DNA of 60,841 bases, counting the filler. It is 4 parts of 4 records of this genome, joined end to end, with 100 filler letters (N's around TTAATTAATTAA, not from the genome) between each part and the next. Parts side by side here need not be neighbours in the genome. Positions count along the whole stretch, not along the records: positions 16,988 to 48,488 come from DRR723986_17202; 3 more parts are not named here. One strand, 5' to 3'. The notes beneath the pieces were generated by a model. It did no database searches, was not told the DNA's origin, and was given only the letters and a program-made list of their open reading frames with translations. Every line of letters starts with the position of its first letter. Within the stretch, counting starts at the first letter, position 1. Below are positions 19,838 through 29,431 of the stretch, piece after piece. The translations under genes and the position numbers were made by a program.

Positions 19838-20589
19838 TGCGTGTCATATTGCCTGTCATTGCGTTCACTTTCATGCTGGTGTTCTGGCATTATTACGTAT
19901 TCGTGAATGATGTTCCTAAGTTTGTTTTACCGTCTCCTTTACTAATCTGGAGTGCTCTACTCGAAAATGGCCCCCAGTGGATTGATGCATCTACGGCCAC
20001 CCTGTGGGTGACACTAAAAGCACTTGTAGCCGCGATTATTAGCGGTATTTTACTAGCATTAGCATTTAGTTTAAGCCGGACATTTGAAGCGACCATATAC
20101 CCCTTCGCTGTAGTTTTACAGGTTACACCCGTTGTCGCAATTGCACCACTTGTGCTGATTTGGGTGGGTATAGACAATGTTGATCGAGCGCAGGTTATTA
20201 TTGCGTGGCTGGTGGCATTTTTTCCAATACTCTCCAATATGTCTGCGGGTTTGAAGTCAGTTGATGCGAATTTAAGTGACCTTTTTAAACTATACGGCGC
20301 TAGCCCAATGCAACGGTTTCGGTATTTATTGTGGCCAACTGCGCTGCCCTACTTGCTGGCAAGCCTCAAAGTAAGCGGTGGGTTAGCGCTCATTGGCGGT
20401 GTTGTGGCAGAATTTGTAGCCGGGTCTGGCGCTTCGTCTGGCCTTGCATGGCGAATTATTGAAGCTGGAAACAGGCTACAGATAGAAAAAATGTTTGCTG
20501 GATTGTTATTGCTTGCAGTAATGGGCATGGCATTGTTCTACAGTTTTACATTGCTGGAATGGATGATTACAAAGCGTCGCAAGACATAA
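19834..20589 (+). CDS. ABC permease (TauC/SsuC-like)
   Basis: LPSP, QVTPVVAIAPL, VVAEF motifs; TM segments. Confidence 0.9.
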   Translation: MMRVILPVIAFTFMLVFWHYYVFVNDVPKFVLPSPLLIWSALLENGPQWIDASTATLWVTLKALVAAIISGILLALAFSLSRTFEATIYPFAVVLQVTPVVAIAPLVLIWVGIDNVDRAQVIIAWLVAFFPILSNMSAGLKSVDANLSDLFKLYGASPMQRFRYLLWPTALPYLLASLKVSGGLALIGGVVAEFVAGSGASSGLAWRIIEAGNRLQIEKMFAGLLLLAVMGMALFYSFTLLEWMITKRRKT

Positions 20590-20648
20590 CAGTACTATGC
20601 GACAGATTGTAGCTTGCCGCAGACTGCAATCATCGCTACCTAATCGCT

Positions 20649-21680
20649 ATGGAATTTCAAACGCAAAATGCAGACCGCCGCGCCGTAGGCTACTGGCTTC
20701 TATTTATGACACTCATGGTTTTCCTGATGGTTATGGTGGGCGGTGCCACGCGCCTAACGGAATCAGGCTTGTCAATGGTTGACTGGAGGCCTGTTACCGG
20801 CACATTGCCGCCACTAAGCACGGGTGCGTGGCAGGAAGAATTTGGCAAATATCAACAAAGCCCTGAATACCGCCTGCGTAACCAGGGTATGACTCTGGCA
20901 GAATTTAAAGGCATTTTTTATTGGGAATGGGGACACCGGTTGCTTGGCCGGTTAATTGGACTGTTTTTTGCGCTCCCGCTAGCCTGGTTCTGGTATAAAG
21001 GCCGAATTCCTGTCGGCTATAAACCTACTTTGTTGGTTTTGTTGTTGCTAGGTGGCTCTCAGGGTGTGCTTGGTTGGTATATGGTTATGTCTGGCCTTGT
21101 TGATGAGCCTGCCGTTAGCCATTACCGTCTGGCAGCCCATTTAAGTTTGGCGCTTTTTATCATGGCAGCGCTTTTATGGACGGCGCTTTCGCTTCTGTGT
21201 CCTGAACCAGAAAACAGCACGCCAAGACTAAAAAAATTAACGCACACAGCAATGCTCGCCCTTATATTGCAAATTGTTATGGGTGCCTTTGTGGCCGGCT
21301 TGAAAGCGGGTTTGGTTTATAATCAATGGCCGATGATGGGCGAAGGATTTGTCCCACCTGAACTTTTGGCGCTTGAACCGGTATGGCGCAATTTTGTTGA
21401 TAACGCTGTAACTGTGCAGTTTGATCATCGCATTGGAGCCTATATTTTACTCGCCGTTACAGTGCTGATATTTTGGCAAGCCAGAACCGAAGCACCGAGG
21501 GTAAAGGCGGCTGCGTTGATTTTTTTGTTGGCGGTTACCTTTCAAATGTTGTTGGGAATAATTACATTGTTGTTTGAAGTGCCTGTATTTTGGGGCACAG
21601 CGCATCAAGGAGGAGGGGCTGTAGTTTTGATGGCTCTTGTTTATTTGATGCATATTCAGCGCAAAAGGACAGCGATATGA
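20649..21680 (+). CDS. ctaA: Heme A synthase (COX15/CtaA type 2)
   Basis: GGATRLTESGLS, EWGHR, SHYRLAAH, QFDHR, HQ. Confidence 0.93.
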   Translation: MEFQTQNADRRAVGYWLLFMTLMVFLMVMVGGATRLTESGLSMVDWRPVTGTLPPLSTGAWQEEFGKYQQSPEYRLRNQGMTLAEFKGIFYWEWGHRLLGRLIGLFFALPLAWFWYKGRIPVGYKPTLLVLLLLGGSQGVLGWYMVMSGLVDEPAVSHYRLAAHLSLALFIMAALLWTALSLLCPEPENSTPRLKKLTHTAMLALILQIVMGAFVAGLKAGLVYNQWPMMGEGFVPPELLALEPVWRNFVDNAVTVQFDHRIGAYILLAVTVLIFWQARTEAPRVKAAALIFLLAVTFQMLLGIITLLFEVPVFWGTAHQGGGAVVLMALVYLMHIQRKRTAI

Positions 21681-22030
21681 TAGAAAAACAAGAAGCCAGC
21701 GCCAAACCAAAAGAATTTGTGGCGATATATGTAACCGTAGATAATGAAGATGGTGCCGTGCATTTGGCAACCGCTCTCGTGATTGAAAAGTTGGTTGCTT
21801 ATGTGAATGTAAAAACTGGCGCCCGTTCCATCTACGAGTCAGATGGCATCATTCAACTGGAAAATGAAGTTGTTGTGGTGATGTTTGCAAAGAGAAACAA
21901 TGTGGAACGCATTATTGAACGCGTTAAGGAAATTCACAGTTACGCAGTGCCGTGTATTAATGTGATGCCTATCATTGAAGGCAATAAGGATTTTCTTGAA
22001 TGGGTAGATATGCAAACGCTTGATAATTAA
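21677..22030 (+). CDS. cutA: Divalent-cation tolerance protein CutA (divergent)
   Basis: HSYAVPCI..PIIEGN.DFLEWV; ATG at 21677 overlaps the ctaA stop. Confidence 0.8.
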   Translation: MIEKQEASAKPKEFVAIYVTVDNEDGAVHLATALVIEKLVAYVNVKTGARSIYESDGIIQLENEVVVVMFAKRNNVERIIERVKEIHSYAVPCINVMPIIEGNKDFLEWVDMQTLDN

Positions 22031-23073
22031 TCAGGCGAAACCCACAAGTTGTATAGTCGAGCGACTTTATCATCACTTTGAATGCTTATTGGCTCTCCGT
22101 TCACTACGATGGCGGCGCTACCGCGGGCTTCAATGCCCCATCCGTCTCCAGTCATTGAAACGGCCATTCCCCATTTAATGCGAGGCGTAGGGCCAAAAGT
22201 AAAATTACTTGGTTTGTCGCGTTCATGAAATTGTGGTGACAAAACTATATCAACATTTTCGGCCAACAGATGGTCAATGGCTTCTGTAAGCTTGGCATCT
22301 GCGCCTATTAAGACGGCGTATTTGGTACTACCCGCTGTGAATGTAGGTATAAACTCCGCCAATGAAGGTTCTGTCACCAGCATTTCTGCCGCTGATGGTT
22401 CAACTTGACGAATAGCGTCAACCATTGGTTTTCCACTTGGTCCGAAAACAAAACTCGTATGGAAAATAGGGCCGTGCCCATAAGTAAGACTGTCTGGGTA
22501 AATACCTGGCGTCATCAGAAGGCCAGAGCCTGCAACAATCGTTACATTGTATTTTTTTGAAAGAGCGGAGAACGCAGAAAAAAGTGTATCGGCAGCAATT
22601 TTAGATTTTGCCCGAATTGTTGACGCCAGAAGTTTGTCCGGCTCATTAAAAATAAAGTAATTTTTGGCAAAGGCCATAAGGTCATAACTGATGATGGGGG
22701 TAATGGCATCCGCAATGCTATTTGCATTATAGACGCGGCTTTTCTGATGTGTAGCCAGCAACCCAGTGCCCATATGAGCTGGGAAAACCACTAGAGTGTT
22801 AGGGCGCAGCAGGCCTTGTTCACGCGCCACTTCCAGATAAGAAGATAGTTTAATTTCCAAGTGAGTGGCTGAGGCAAAGTCTTCCGTTTTTATGTGGGCC
22901 TCGACACCAAGAACATTTATTGTTGCGGTTTCTCTGGAGCCGAAACTTTCTACTCGTATATCTTCATAGCGGGGCAAAGGGTCCTGTACTGAAAAGCCCG
23001 GCCAAAACAGGTAAAGCGCTGCAACTATTAAAGCTGCTAGCGCTATTGTTTTTTTTGGGTGTCTTTTTATCAA
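22027..23073 (-). CDS. Membrane-anchored carbon-nitrogen-hydrolase (nitrilase)-fold protein, catalytic residues degenerate
   Basis: LVVFPAH, VTIVAGS, SFVFGPSG, YAVLIGAD, DIVLSP align to the nitrilase fold. Confidence 0.6.
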   Translation of the reverse strand: MIKRHPKKTIALAALIVAALYLFWPGFSVQDPLPRYEDIRVESFGSRETATINVLGVEAHIKTEDFASATHLEIKLSSYLEVAREQGLLRPNTLVVFPAHMGTGLLATHQKSRVYNANSIADAITPIISYDLMAFAKNYFIFNEPDKLLASTIRAKSKIAADTLFSAFSALSKKYNVTIVAGSGLLMTPGIYPDSLTYGHGPIFHTSFVFGPSGKPMVDAIRQVEPSAAEMLVTEPSLAEFIPTFTAGSTKYAVLIGADAKLTEAIDHLLAENVDIVLSPQFHERDKPSNFTFGPTPRIKWGMAVSMTGDGWGIEARGSAAIVVNGEPISIQSDDKVARLYNLWVSPD

Positions 23074-23076
23074 TGT

Positions 23077-24087
23077 TTATACATCTGACAGTTTAACAAC
23101 TTGTTTGCCAAAGTTTTTACCACTGAGGACGTCCATGAATGCTTGCGGTGCATTTTCAACACCTTCTGCAACACTTTCGCGGTATTGAAGTTTGCCTTCT
23201 TTCAACCATCCAGCACCAATGCCAACCCATTCACGGCAAAGCTCAGGGTAGTTTGAAACAATGAAGCCTTGCATGCGAACGCTACGACCAACCAAAACGG
23301 CCATATTGCGGGGTCCGGCAGGTAAGTCATCCATTTTGGCATTATACATTGAGATCATGCCACATAAGGCGATACGAGCGTTAAAATTCAGGTTGTTAAT
23401 GACTGCTTCTAGTACCGGCCCACCAACATTTTCAAAGTAGACATCAATGCCTTTGGGGTTGGTTGCCCGAACGGCTTTATAAACATCTTCCGTTTTGTAG
23501 TTAAAGGCGGCATCGAACCCCAGTTCGTCTGTCAAATAATCTACTTTGTCATCAGACCCAGCGCTCCCCGCTACATGGCAGCCCATATTTTTACCGATTT
23601 GGCCAACAACCTGGCCCACAGCACCAGATGCAGCCGAGACAAATAGATTTTCACCGTTTTTCATTTCCGCGACACCTTTTAGGCCCACGTAAGCTGTCAT
23701 TCCTGGCATGCCTAAAATACCTAAATAGTAGGAGAGGGGTGCGAGGTTGGGGTCAACGGCATTGTAGCCTGCGCCGTCAGTTACGGTGAAGTTTGCCCAG
23801 TCGCCCATACCAGTAACATAAGTACCTTCTTCGAATGCGCCTTCATTGGAGGCGACAACGTTGCCTACAATACCGGCTTGTAAAGGTTGGCCAATTTGAA
23901 AAGGAGGAACATAGCTTTTTACATCATTCATACGTCCACGCATGTATGGATCAACGGACATATAGTTTGTTTCAACAACAATCTGGCCTTTTTCTGGTTC
24001 TGGCACTGAAGCATCAGCGATCTCAAAATTATCGCTCGTGGGCCATCCATTTGGGCGGCTTTTTAAAAGTATCTGTTTGTTTGACAC
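23077..24087 (-). CDS. NADP-dependent oxidoreductase (CurA/YncB, PTGR-like)
   Basis: SVDPYMRGRM, GMPGMTAY, SAASGAVG, YFENVGG, GKNFGKQVV. Confidence 0.92.
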   Translation of the reverse strand: MSNKQILLKSRPNGWPTSDNFEIADASVPEPEKGQIVVETNYMSVDPYMRGRMNDVKSYVPPFQIGQPLQAGIVGNVVASNEGAFEEGTYVTGMGDWANFTVTDGAGYNAVDPNLAPLSYYLGILGMPGMTAYVGLKGVAEMKNGENLFVSAASGAVGQVVGQIGKNMGCHVAGSAGSDDKVDYLTDELGFDAAFNYKTEDVYKAVRATNPKGIDVYFENVGGPVLEAVINNLNFNARIALCGMISMYNAKMDDLPAGPRNMAVLVGRSVRMQGFIVSNYPELCREWVGIGAGWLKEGKLQYRESVAEGVENAPQAFMDVLSGKNFGKQVVKLSDV

Positions 24088-24277
24088 GGGAAACTCCTTA
24101 ATGACGCAGTAATTATGTGTGTATTTACGTTCTAAATTTCTGTCGATGATATGGGCTAAAATGCTTATTAAGCAAATAAAGCTTTGATTTGATGAAAATA
24201 TATGGGGTAAATAAATACCGTTATTTTAGTGCACTGTTTTAATTGAATAAATTAAGCTACATGTTCAATAATAAGCG

Positions 24278-24305
24278 TTGACACATCTCTCTACATGCCT
24301 ATATT
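24278..24305 (+). promoter_or_regulatory. Sigma70 promoter of rplM-rpsI
   Basis: TTGACA (24278-24283), 16-nt spacer, TATATT (24300-24305), followed by GC-rich discriminator GCGCGCC. Confidence 0.7.
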
Positions 24306-24405
24306 GCGCGCCTGAACCGAATTTAGGCTTAAGCATATCCTTCAGCCTTTAGATGTAGAAGCGGGCATTGAACAGTTTGATGCCCTAACCTGAGGTACCA
24401 TTGCG

Positions 24406-24864
24406 ATGAAAACTTATTCCGCAAAAGCTTCGGAGATTGAAAAGAAATGGCTGATTGTTGACGCTGAGGGTCTAATCCTTGGTCGCATGGCACAGGCTGT
24501 TGCTGTCGTTCTTCGTGGTAAGCACAAAACTACGTATACACCTCATATGGATTGCGGCGACAACGTTATCGTTATCAATGCTGACAAAGTGAAATTGACA
24601 GGCAAAAAACTTGCCGACAAGATTTATTATCGTCACACGGGTCACCCTGGCGGCATCAAATCTGCAACTGCTGGTGAAATTCTTTCTGGCCGCTTCCCTG
24701 AGCGTGTTGTTGAAAAAGCCATTGAACGCATGATCCCTAAAGGCCCGCTTGGCCGCCAACAGCTTCGCAATTTGCGCGTATATGCTGGCTCAGATCATCC
24801 TCATACAGCGCAAGAGCCTACAGTGCTCGATGTTGGCGCTATGAACCCAAAGAATAAGAGGTAA
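24406..24864 (+). CDS. rplM: 50S ribosomal protein L13
   Basis: [27 protein letters not shown]. Confidence 0.98.
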   Translation: MKTYSAKASEIEKKWLIVDAEGLILGRMAQAVAVVLRGKHKTTYTPHMDCGDNVIVINADKVKLTGKKLADKIYYRHTGHPGGIKSATAGEILSGRFPERVVEKAIERMIPKGPLGRQQLRNLRVYAGSDHPHTAQEPTVLDVGAMNPKNKR

Positions 24865-24868
24865 GCAC

Positions 24869-25348
24869 ATGGCCGACCTTCAAGACCTTAAAGAACTTAC
24901 TGGCGAAGCAACAGCTGCAGCAGAAGATGCACCTGTTGAACGCACCGCTGTTGTTGATGACATGGGCCGCTCGTACGCAACTGGTAAACGTAAAGATGCA
25001 GTTGCTCGCGTTTGGCTTAAGCCGGGCTCTGGTAAAATTACAGTGAACGGACGCGACCAAGACACTTATTTTGCACGTCCAACATTGCGTTTGATCGTTA
25101 ATCAGCCGTTTCAGGTTGCTGGTCGTGAAAACCAGTATGACGTAGTTGCTACCGTGAAAGGTGGCGGTTTGTCTGGTCAGGCTGGCGCGGTTAAGCACGG
25201 TATCTCTCAGTGTATTCAGCTTGCTGAACCTGAGCTTCGCGGTGCTCTTAAAGCTGCTGGCTTCCTGACACGCGATAGCCGTGTTGTAGAGCGGAAGAAA
25301 TACGGTCGCGCAAAAGCACGTCGTTCATTCCAGTTCTCAAAGCGTTAA
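24869..25348 (+). CDS. rpsI: 30S ribosomal protein S9
   Basis: [32 protein letters not shown]. Confidence 0.98.
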   Translation: MADLQDLKELTGEATAAAEDAPVERTAVVDDMGRSYATGKRKDAVARVWLKPGSGKITVNGRDQDTYFARPTLRLIVNQPFQVAGRENQYDVVATVKGGGLSGQAGAVKHGISQCIQLAEPELRGALKAAGFLTRDSRVVERKKYGRAKARRSFQFSKR

Positions 25349-25433
25349 GAACCAGTATTTATCTGGTATCAAGCCGACAAAGTTTCTGTTTCGAGTATCT
25401 GTTACGAGTAGATGTAAATTTTGTGTTGAGTTC

Positions 25434-25463
25434 AAAAGGTCGCCCTCAGGGGCGGCCTTTTTT
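25434..25463 (+). terminator. Intrinsic terminator (probably bidirectional)
   Basis: AAAAGGTCGCCC-TCAG-GGGCGGCCTTTTTT between convergent genes. Confidence 0.85.
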
Positions 25464-25475
25464 GTGCTTGGTTTC

Positions 25476-26024
25476 TTAAGGAAGGTTGTTTTCGCAACTT
25501 GGGTCGCTACAACAGGAGCTGGTTTGCTTCATGCCTTTGAGCATTTTTTTCATCAAACGCTCTCGTTTCAGCTTTGATAAATTATCAAGAAACGTCTTAC
25601 CGTCCAGATATTCCATTTCATGAAGAATAACCGTAGCCAACCAGCCTTCAGCTTCAAGGGTTTGCGGTTTACCATTTGTGTCTAAATAGCTCAATTCCAA
25701 ACTGTTTGAGCGCTCAATTTCAGCACGTATGCCTGGAAAACAGAGCGATGCTTCTTCATGTTTTTGTGTTTCAGTTGATGTAATCTGCACAGTTGGATTA
25801 ATGCAAACCAAAGGTGATCTCACACCGTCTTCTTGAAGGTCAATAACAATAACGCGCTTTAACACTCCTACCATGGGTGCAGCGATGCCGATGCCTCGTT
25901 CTTCATACAAGGTATCAAGCATGTCATTGCATAAGGCGCAAACATCGTCATTGACAACTTCAACCGGATGCGCATGTTGCTTAAAAATTGGATTGGGGGC
26001 CATGACCAGATTAAGTGCTGCCAT
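25476..26024 (-). CDS. Peptide deformylase-like protein (non-canonical motifs)
   Basis: GIGIAAPMVG; EASLC in place of EGCLS; HEMEY in place of HExDH. Confidence 0.8.
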   Translation of the reverse strand: MAALNLVMAPNPIFKQHAHPVEVVNDDVCALCNDMLDTLYEERGIGIAAPMVGVLKRVIVIDLQEDGVRSPLVCINPTVQITSTETQKHEEASLCFPGIRAEIERSNSLELSYLDTNGKPQTLEAEGWLATVILHEMEYLDGKTFLDNLSKLKRERLMKKMLKGMKQTSSCCSDPSCENNLP

Positions 26025-26144
26025 CGTAACTTTCTTCTTTTTACAACAGTCGTATAAGGTTAGGTTTAACCGGGGTGAGTATACACGAGTAAACGTTGAT
26101 ACTTAAAGCGCTCAGTAAGCAAAAAAAAGAGTTTATCAAGAACA

Positions 26145-27002
26145 ATGGCTCAAGGCTATCTCACACTTGCCACAGGAGATGCGCAGTTTTTTGGTGCAGC
26201 CGTTAATCTCGCTATCAGTATTCGATTGAATGACACCAAACGACCAGTCTCGCTGTTGTGCGACGATATTTCCAAATTAAGCAATGAAGAAAAAGCGTTG
26301 TTTGACCGTATTATCGTTACAATCCCGGGCACTATAGGTGTTGGCTGTGCGGGAAAACTGGATTTACCAAGTTTTCTTCCTTACGACGAAACCATGTTTT
26401 TAGACTCTGACTGTTTGGTGATGAAGCCAGATATGGATTTTCACTGGAACAAGCTGGCGACCCAGTGTTTTAATGTTACAGGCACGGTTTTAGAGAAAGG
26501 CCTGTGGTATAACTTTGATGTGGCAGATGTATGTGAGGCATTATTCCTATCCTATATGGTACGCATGAACAGCGGTGTTATGTATTTTAAAAAAGGCGCA
26601 GAGCTTGAGCGATTTTTGGAAATAGCTGATGATTTTCGACGCAATGCGCGGGATGTACTTTTTGTTCAGCATCGAGACATGGCTGCTCAATTTGCCGATG
26701 AACCTTTTTGGAGTGCTGCAATGGGGCGTTTAAAACTGATGCCCGCCCATTATTCCTCGAATGACAGCTTAATGATGGAAACAACATATATGGCGCGTGA
26801 CTTTAAGTTTAATCCCATGACGCACGTTAGTGAAATTCACAAAAGTCGAGGATATTGGATATTAGACCGCTTTATCTCCAAAGGTTGGGACAAGCGCTCT
26901 CCAACAATTGCGCATTTTATTTGCTTTCGCCCACAATCATTATATCAAGAATGCGCTAACCAGCTGCGATCTTGGGCAAATATTGAGAAACGTAATATAT
27001 GA
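26145..27002 (+). CDS. GT8-like glycosyltransferase-fold protein
   Basis: A.NLA.SIR, PYDETMFLDSD, NSGVMYF, DEP motifs. Confidence 0.65.
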   Translation: MAQGYLTLATGDAQFFGAAVNLAISIRLNDTKRPVSLLCDDISKLSNEEKALFDRIIVTIPGTIGVGCAGKLDLPSFLPYDETMFLDSDCLVMKPDMDFHWNKLATQCFNVTGTVLEKGLWYNFDVADVCEALFLSYMVRMNSGVMYFKKGAELERFLEIADDFRRNARDVLFVQHRDMAAQFADEPFWSAAMGRLKLMPAHYSSNDSLMMETTYMARDFKFNPMTHVSEIHKSRGYWILDRFISKGWDKRSPTIAHFICFRPQSLYQECANQLRSWANIEKRNI

Positions 27003-27070
27003 ATTGCCTTACCTGTTTTCATGTCTCAAAACAGATATTATAAATTAAATTAAAAAAACGGTATAACTAA

Positions 27071-27505
27071 ATGAAAATAAATAAAATTTTTATAAAGTTT
27101 CTATTCACAGTTTTATTCTCATTTTCTGCCAGTAGTAGTGATGAGTATAAAACCCCATCCACACCAGATGCGGCAGTTTATTTTATTCAACCGTTGAATA
27201 ACGCCGTCATTCAAAACCCGGTTACAGTAAAATTTGGTTTGCGGGGTATGGGCATTGCCCCTGCCGGTGTTGAAATACCCGGAACAGGGCATCATCATTT
27301 AATTATTGATGCGGCGTTACCGCCAATGGATGAAAATATCCCTGCTGACGAAAATCATATTCATTTTGGGGGCGGGCAGACCGAAACAACTATTTCGCTC
27401 GCACCCGGTAAACATACTCTACAGTTACTTCTGGGGGATCAAAATCATTTGCCGCACAAGCCGCCAGTTGCCTCAGAGGTGATCACGATTACTGTGACTG
27501 AATAA
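27071..27505 (+). CDS. DUF4399 periplasmic protein
   Basis: Signal peptide; TGHHHLIID, HFGGGQTET, PGKHTLQL. Confidence 0.85.
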   Translation: MKINKIFIKFLFTVLFSFSASSSDEYKTPSTPDAAVYFIQPLNNAVIQNPVTVKFGLRGMGIAPAGVEIPGTGHHHLIIDAALPPMDENIPADENHIHFGGGQTETTISLAPGKHTLQLLLGDQNHLPHKPPVASEVITITVTE

Positions 27506-27517
27506 AGGAAACAGCGC

Positions 27518-27868
27518 ATGCCCCATTTGGTGATTGAATATACACCTAACGCGGAAACCACTATAACAGACGAGGACCTAATGGCTGCTATGCACTGGGC
27601 TGCGGTTTCGACAGGAATATTTGATGAAAATGCGATTAAAGTGAGGGTTCAGCAATATACATCTGCTTTTGTTGCTGGTCGCACCGATACCTTTGTCCAT
27701 GTCACGATTTATTTAATTGACGGCAGAGATAATGAAATCAAAAAGAGATTGACACAAACAGTGCATGACAGGCTGGCATCGCTGTTTCCAAACTTTGCGT
27801 CCGTGAGCGTGGATGCTCGAGACTTAGACAGAGAGGTTTATACCAAGAGTAAACCGCGAGATGAATAG
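27518..27868 (+). CDS. 5-carboxymethyl-2-hydroxymuconate isomerase family tautomerase
   Basis: N-terminal Pro (MPHLVIEY), IKVR, FVHV, GR..E.KK. Confidence 0.8.
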   Translation: MPHLVIEYTPNAETTITDEDLMAAMHWAAVSTGIFDENAIKVRVQQYTSAFVAGRTDTFVHVTIYLIDGRDNEIKKRLTQTVHDRLASLFPNFASVSVDARDLDREVYTKSKPRDE

Positions 27869-27874
27869 GCCAAG

Positions 27875-29299
27875 TTGGCCGTTGGGGAAGGGACTATCGT
27901 GAAAATAGCAATGAAAATTTTATCCGTTGCATCAAGCTGCATGATTGCAGGCAGTGCAATGGCCGACCATCACAAGAATGCGGCGATCGAAGTTGAGCGC
28001 TTGCATGGGTTTGTTGCAAATGTTTCGGCAGAGCGAATTGAAGCTGACATTCGAAAACTCGCCGGGTTTGGCACACGTCATACATTGTCAGATACAAAAT
28101 CAGACACACGGGGCATTGGTGCAGCAAGGCGCTGGATTGAAGCCGAGTTTAAAAATATAGCCGAAACATGTGTTGCTGATGTTGATGTTTACACAGTTTC
28201 TGATGTTGTAAGCGGCAACCGCATACCGGAACCAACTGAAGTGGTGAATGTATTAGCGGTTCAGCGCGGTATACTTGACCCTGAGCGGGTTGTCTTAATG
28301 TCTGGCGATATTGATAGCCGGGTTACTGACCCTTTAAATTTCACAGACGACTCTCCGGGGGCCAATGACAATGCTTCTGGCATGGCCGGCACAATAGAAG
28401 CATTGCGGGTTTTATGCCAAACCAAGTTTCCTGGGACCATTGTTTATGCGGGCTTGTCTGGGGAAGAGCAAGGCCTGTTCGGCGGTGAGATATTAACCCG
28501 TCATGCCGTTGAACAAGGCTGGCGAGTCATGGGTGTGCTAAACAATGACATGATCGGCAATATTGAGGGCGTGAACGGTGTCATTAATAACACAACGGCC
28601 CGCGTTTTCTCTGAAGGTACACGAAAAACTGAAACAGAGCGCGAAGGGCGTATGCGCCGGTTTATGGGCGGTGAAGTTGATAGCCCTAGCCGCAACATTG
28701 CGCGCCTTGTTGACCGGCTCGCTGATCAATACATTCCGAACCTTGATGTAATGATGATTTACCGGCTTGATCGCTTCGGGCGTGGAGGGCACCACCGCCC
28801 TTTTAATGAGGCTGGTATGCCAGGTGTGCGCATCATGGAAACCAATGAAAACTATAACCGGCAACACCAAGATATCCGTACAGAAAACGGTATTGAATAC
28901 GGTGATGTTATAGAAGGCGTGGATTTCGATTACGCTAGAAAATTAACCGCATTAAATGTTGTCACATTGGCATCTATGGCCGGTGCGCCGCCTTTCCCTG
29001 CTGATGTGACTTTGCAGGGTGCAGTTCGGCCTTCAACCACTATTAAATGGCAGATACGCGGCGATGAGCGTGAAACAGCAAACTTGCGTGCCTTCAAGGT
29101 GTATTGGCGATTAACAACAGATTCTCAGTGGCAGTGGAGCCGCACGGTTAGCAAAGATGCCCGCGAACTGACGCTTGAGAATATTGTTATTGATAACTAT
29201 TTCTTTGGCGTGGCTTCTGTTGCAAATGATGGGCTAGAGAGCCCGGTTGTGTTTCCAGGGCCAATGGGGGCTTTTGAAGCGACATCTCCTAGCCAGTAA
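27875..29299 (+). CDS. M28 family metallopeptidase, secreted
   Basis: GDIDS, GANDNASG, GEEQGL, NNDMIG, GGHH.PF; start probably somewhat downstream. Confidence 0.88.
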   Translation: MAVGEGTIVKIAMKILSVASSCMIAGSAMADHHKNAAIEVERLHGFVANVSAERIEADIRKLAGFGTRHTLSDTKSDTRGIGAARRWIEAEFKNIAETCVADVDVYTVSDVVSGNRIPEPTEVVNVLAVQRGILDPERVVLMSGDIDSRVTDPLNFTDDSPGANDNASGMAGTIEALRVLCQTKFPGTIVYAGLSGEEQGLFGGEILTRHAVEQGWRVMGVLNNDMIGNIEGVNGVINNTTARVFSEGTRKTETEREGRMRRFMGGEVDSPSRNIARLVDRLADQYIPNLDVMMIYRLDRFGRGGHHRPFNEAGMPGVRIMETNENYNRQHQDIRTENGIEYGDVIEGVDFDYARKLTALNVVTLASMAGAPPFPADVTLQGAVRPSTTIKWQIRGDERETANLRAFKVYWRLTTDSQWQWSRTVSKDARELTLENIVIDNYFFGVASVANDGLESPVVFPGPMGAFEATSPSQ

Positions 29300-29431
29300 A
29301 TATATAACAACCTAAGGCATAGAGGACACTGCGGTGTCCTTTAACATATATGTGATATGCAAATCGCCTGACTTTCCTATAGGAAACCGCATTAGAGATT
29401 AATCTGTAACTTACCGCACCTTTTATTTTGG

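Noticed and set aside
25385-25410. Tandem 13-mer TCTGTT(T/A)CGAGTA after rpsI
   Set aside because: Only two copies and no spacers; not CRISPR, probably a local duplication.
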